Shown here piece by piece: positions 63,569 to 64,000 of a DNA stretch of 64,000 bases. The stretch comes from Methanothermococcus sp. Ax23 (GTDB lineage: Archaea > AGJL01 > Methanococci > Methanococcales > Methanococcaceae), in NCBI RefSeq assembly GCF_049075655.1, contig NZ_CP157522.1, positions 1 through 64,000 of the forward strand. The letters are read 5' to 3'. Position 1 is the stretch's first letter. Each line of letters starts with the position of its first letter. The notes beneath the pieces are model-generated. The model did not search any database, had not been told where the DNA came from, and saw only the letters and a list, made by a program, of their open reading frames with translations. The position numbers and the translations under genes were made by a program.

Positions 63569-64000
63569 GCTCTAAAAAAATAGATAAAAATAAATTAAAC
63601 GGTGTGGTATATACCCCTAAATGGATAGTTGAAACAATTTTGGACAATTTAGGATATACTGTAAATAACAACATATATTATAAAAAAATAATTGACCCGT
63701 CTTGCGGGGATGGTGCTTTTTTAAAAGAAGTTGTTGAAAGGTTTATTACTGATGCCTTAAACTCAAATAAATCAATTTCCGAAATAAAAAATCTTTTAGA
63801 ACAGAATGTTTATGGAATAGATATTGATAAAAATGCTATTGAATTATGCAGAATTAATTTAACCAATATTGCTAAAAAATACGGCATCCATGATGTTAAT
63901 TGGAATTTGATAAATAATGATAGCACAGATAAAGCATGGATTTCAAAACTATTTAAAAAATTTGATTATGTTGTTGGAAACCCACCATATATTAGAATCC
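63550..64000 (+). CDS. amino (N6-adenine) DNA methyltransferase, gamma class, truncated by window end (not in ORF track)
   Basis: MSADGL..GVVYTP, IDPSCGDGAF, YGIDID, FDYVVGNPPY. Confidence 0.9.
   Translation, partial: MSADGLSSKKIDKNKLNGVVYTPKWIVETILDNLGYTVNNNIYYKKIIDPSCGDGAFLKEVVERFITDALNSNKSISEIKNLLEQNVYGIDIDKNAIELCRINLTNIAKKYGIHDVNWNLINNDSTDKAWISKLFKKFDYVVGNPPYIRI

Noticed and set aside
62687-64000. Assigning GAGCTC or GATC as the specificity of the R-M pair
   Set aside because: The MTase target-recognition domain is outside the window and specificity cannot be read from the motifs visible.

Overview
AT-rich (roughly 30% GC by eye) chromosomal segment of a Methanococcales archaeon, most like Methanothermococcus. 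This is inferred from GGTGA-type RBSs, an archaeal histone, HcgF, MfnD, ArfB/ArfC, SepSecS and CheF. It holds a complete chemotaxis cluster (cheW-B-A-D, three MCPs, cheR, 2x cheC, cheY, cheF), a manC/DUF1616 plus MoxR/DUF58/DUF4350 membrane cluster, many housekeeping and tRNA-modification genes, tRNA-Val(TAC), an IS607 (TnpA+TnpB) directly behind ileS, a DDE IS that splits minD, and the start of a restriction-modification-like pair at the right edge. No CRISPR array was seen. Four signals stand out. (1) The IS607 right flank, where a TnpB guide would lie, is a diverged second copy of the ileS 3' end, and the working ileS differs from it mostly at seed-proximal positions. (2) The palindrome GAGCTC occurs about 60 times by hand count, in all reading frames and between genes, like a HIP element. 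(3) A dispersed family of GAA/TTC-triloop palindromes has entered coding sequences in frame. (4) The chemoreceptors are unusual: a NarX/PilJ-type sensor, a C-terminal 4-Cys domain, and identical signalling halves. All annotations come from motif recognition by eye; no database searches were run.
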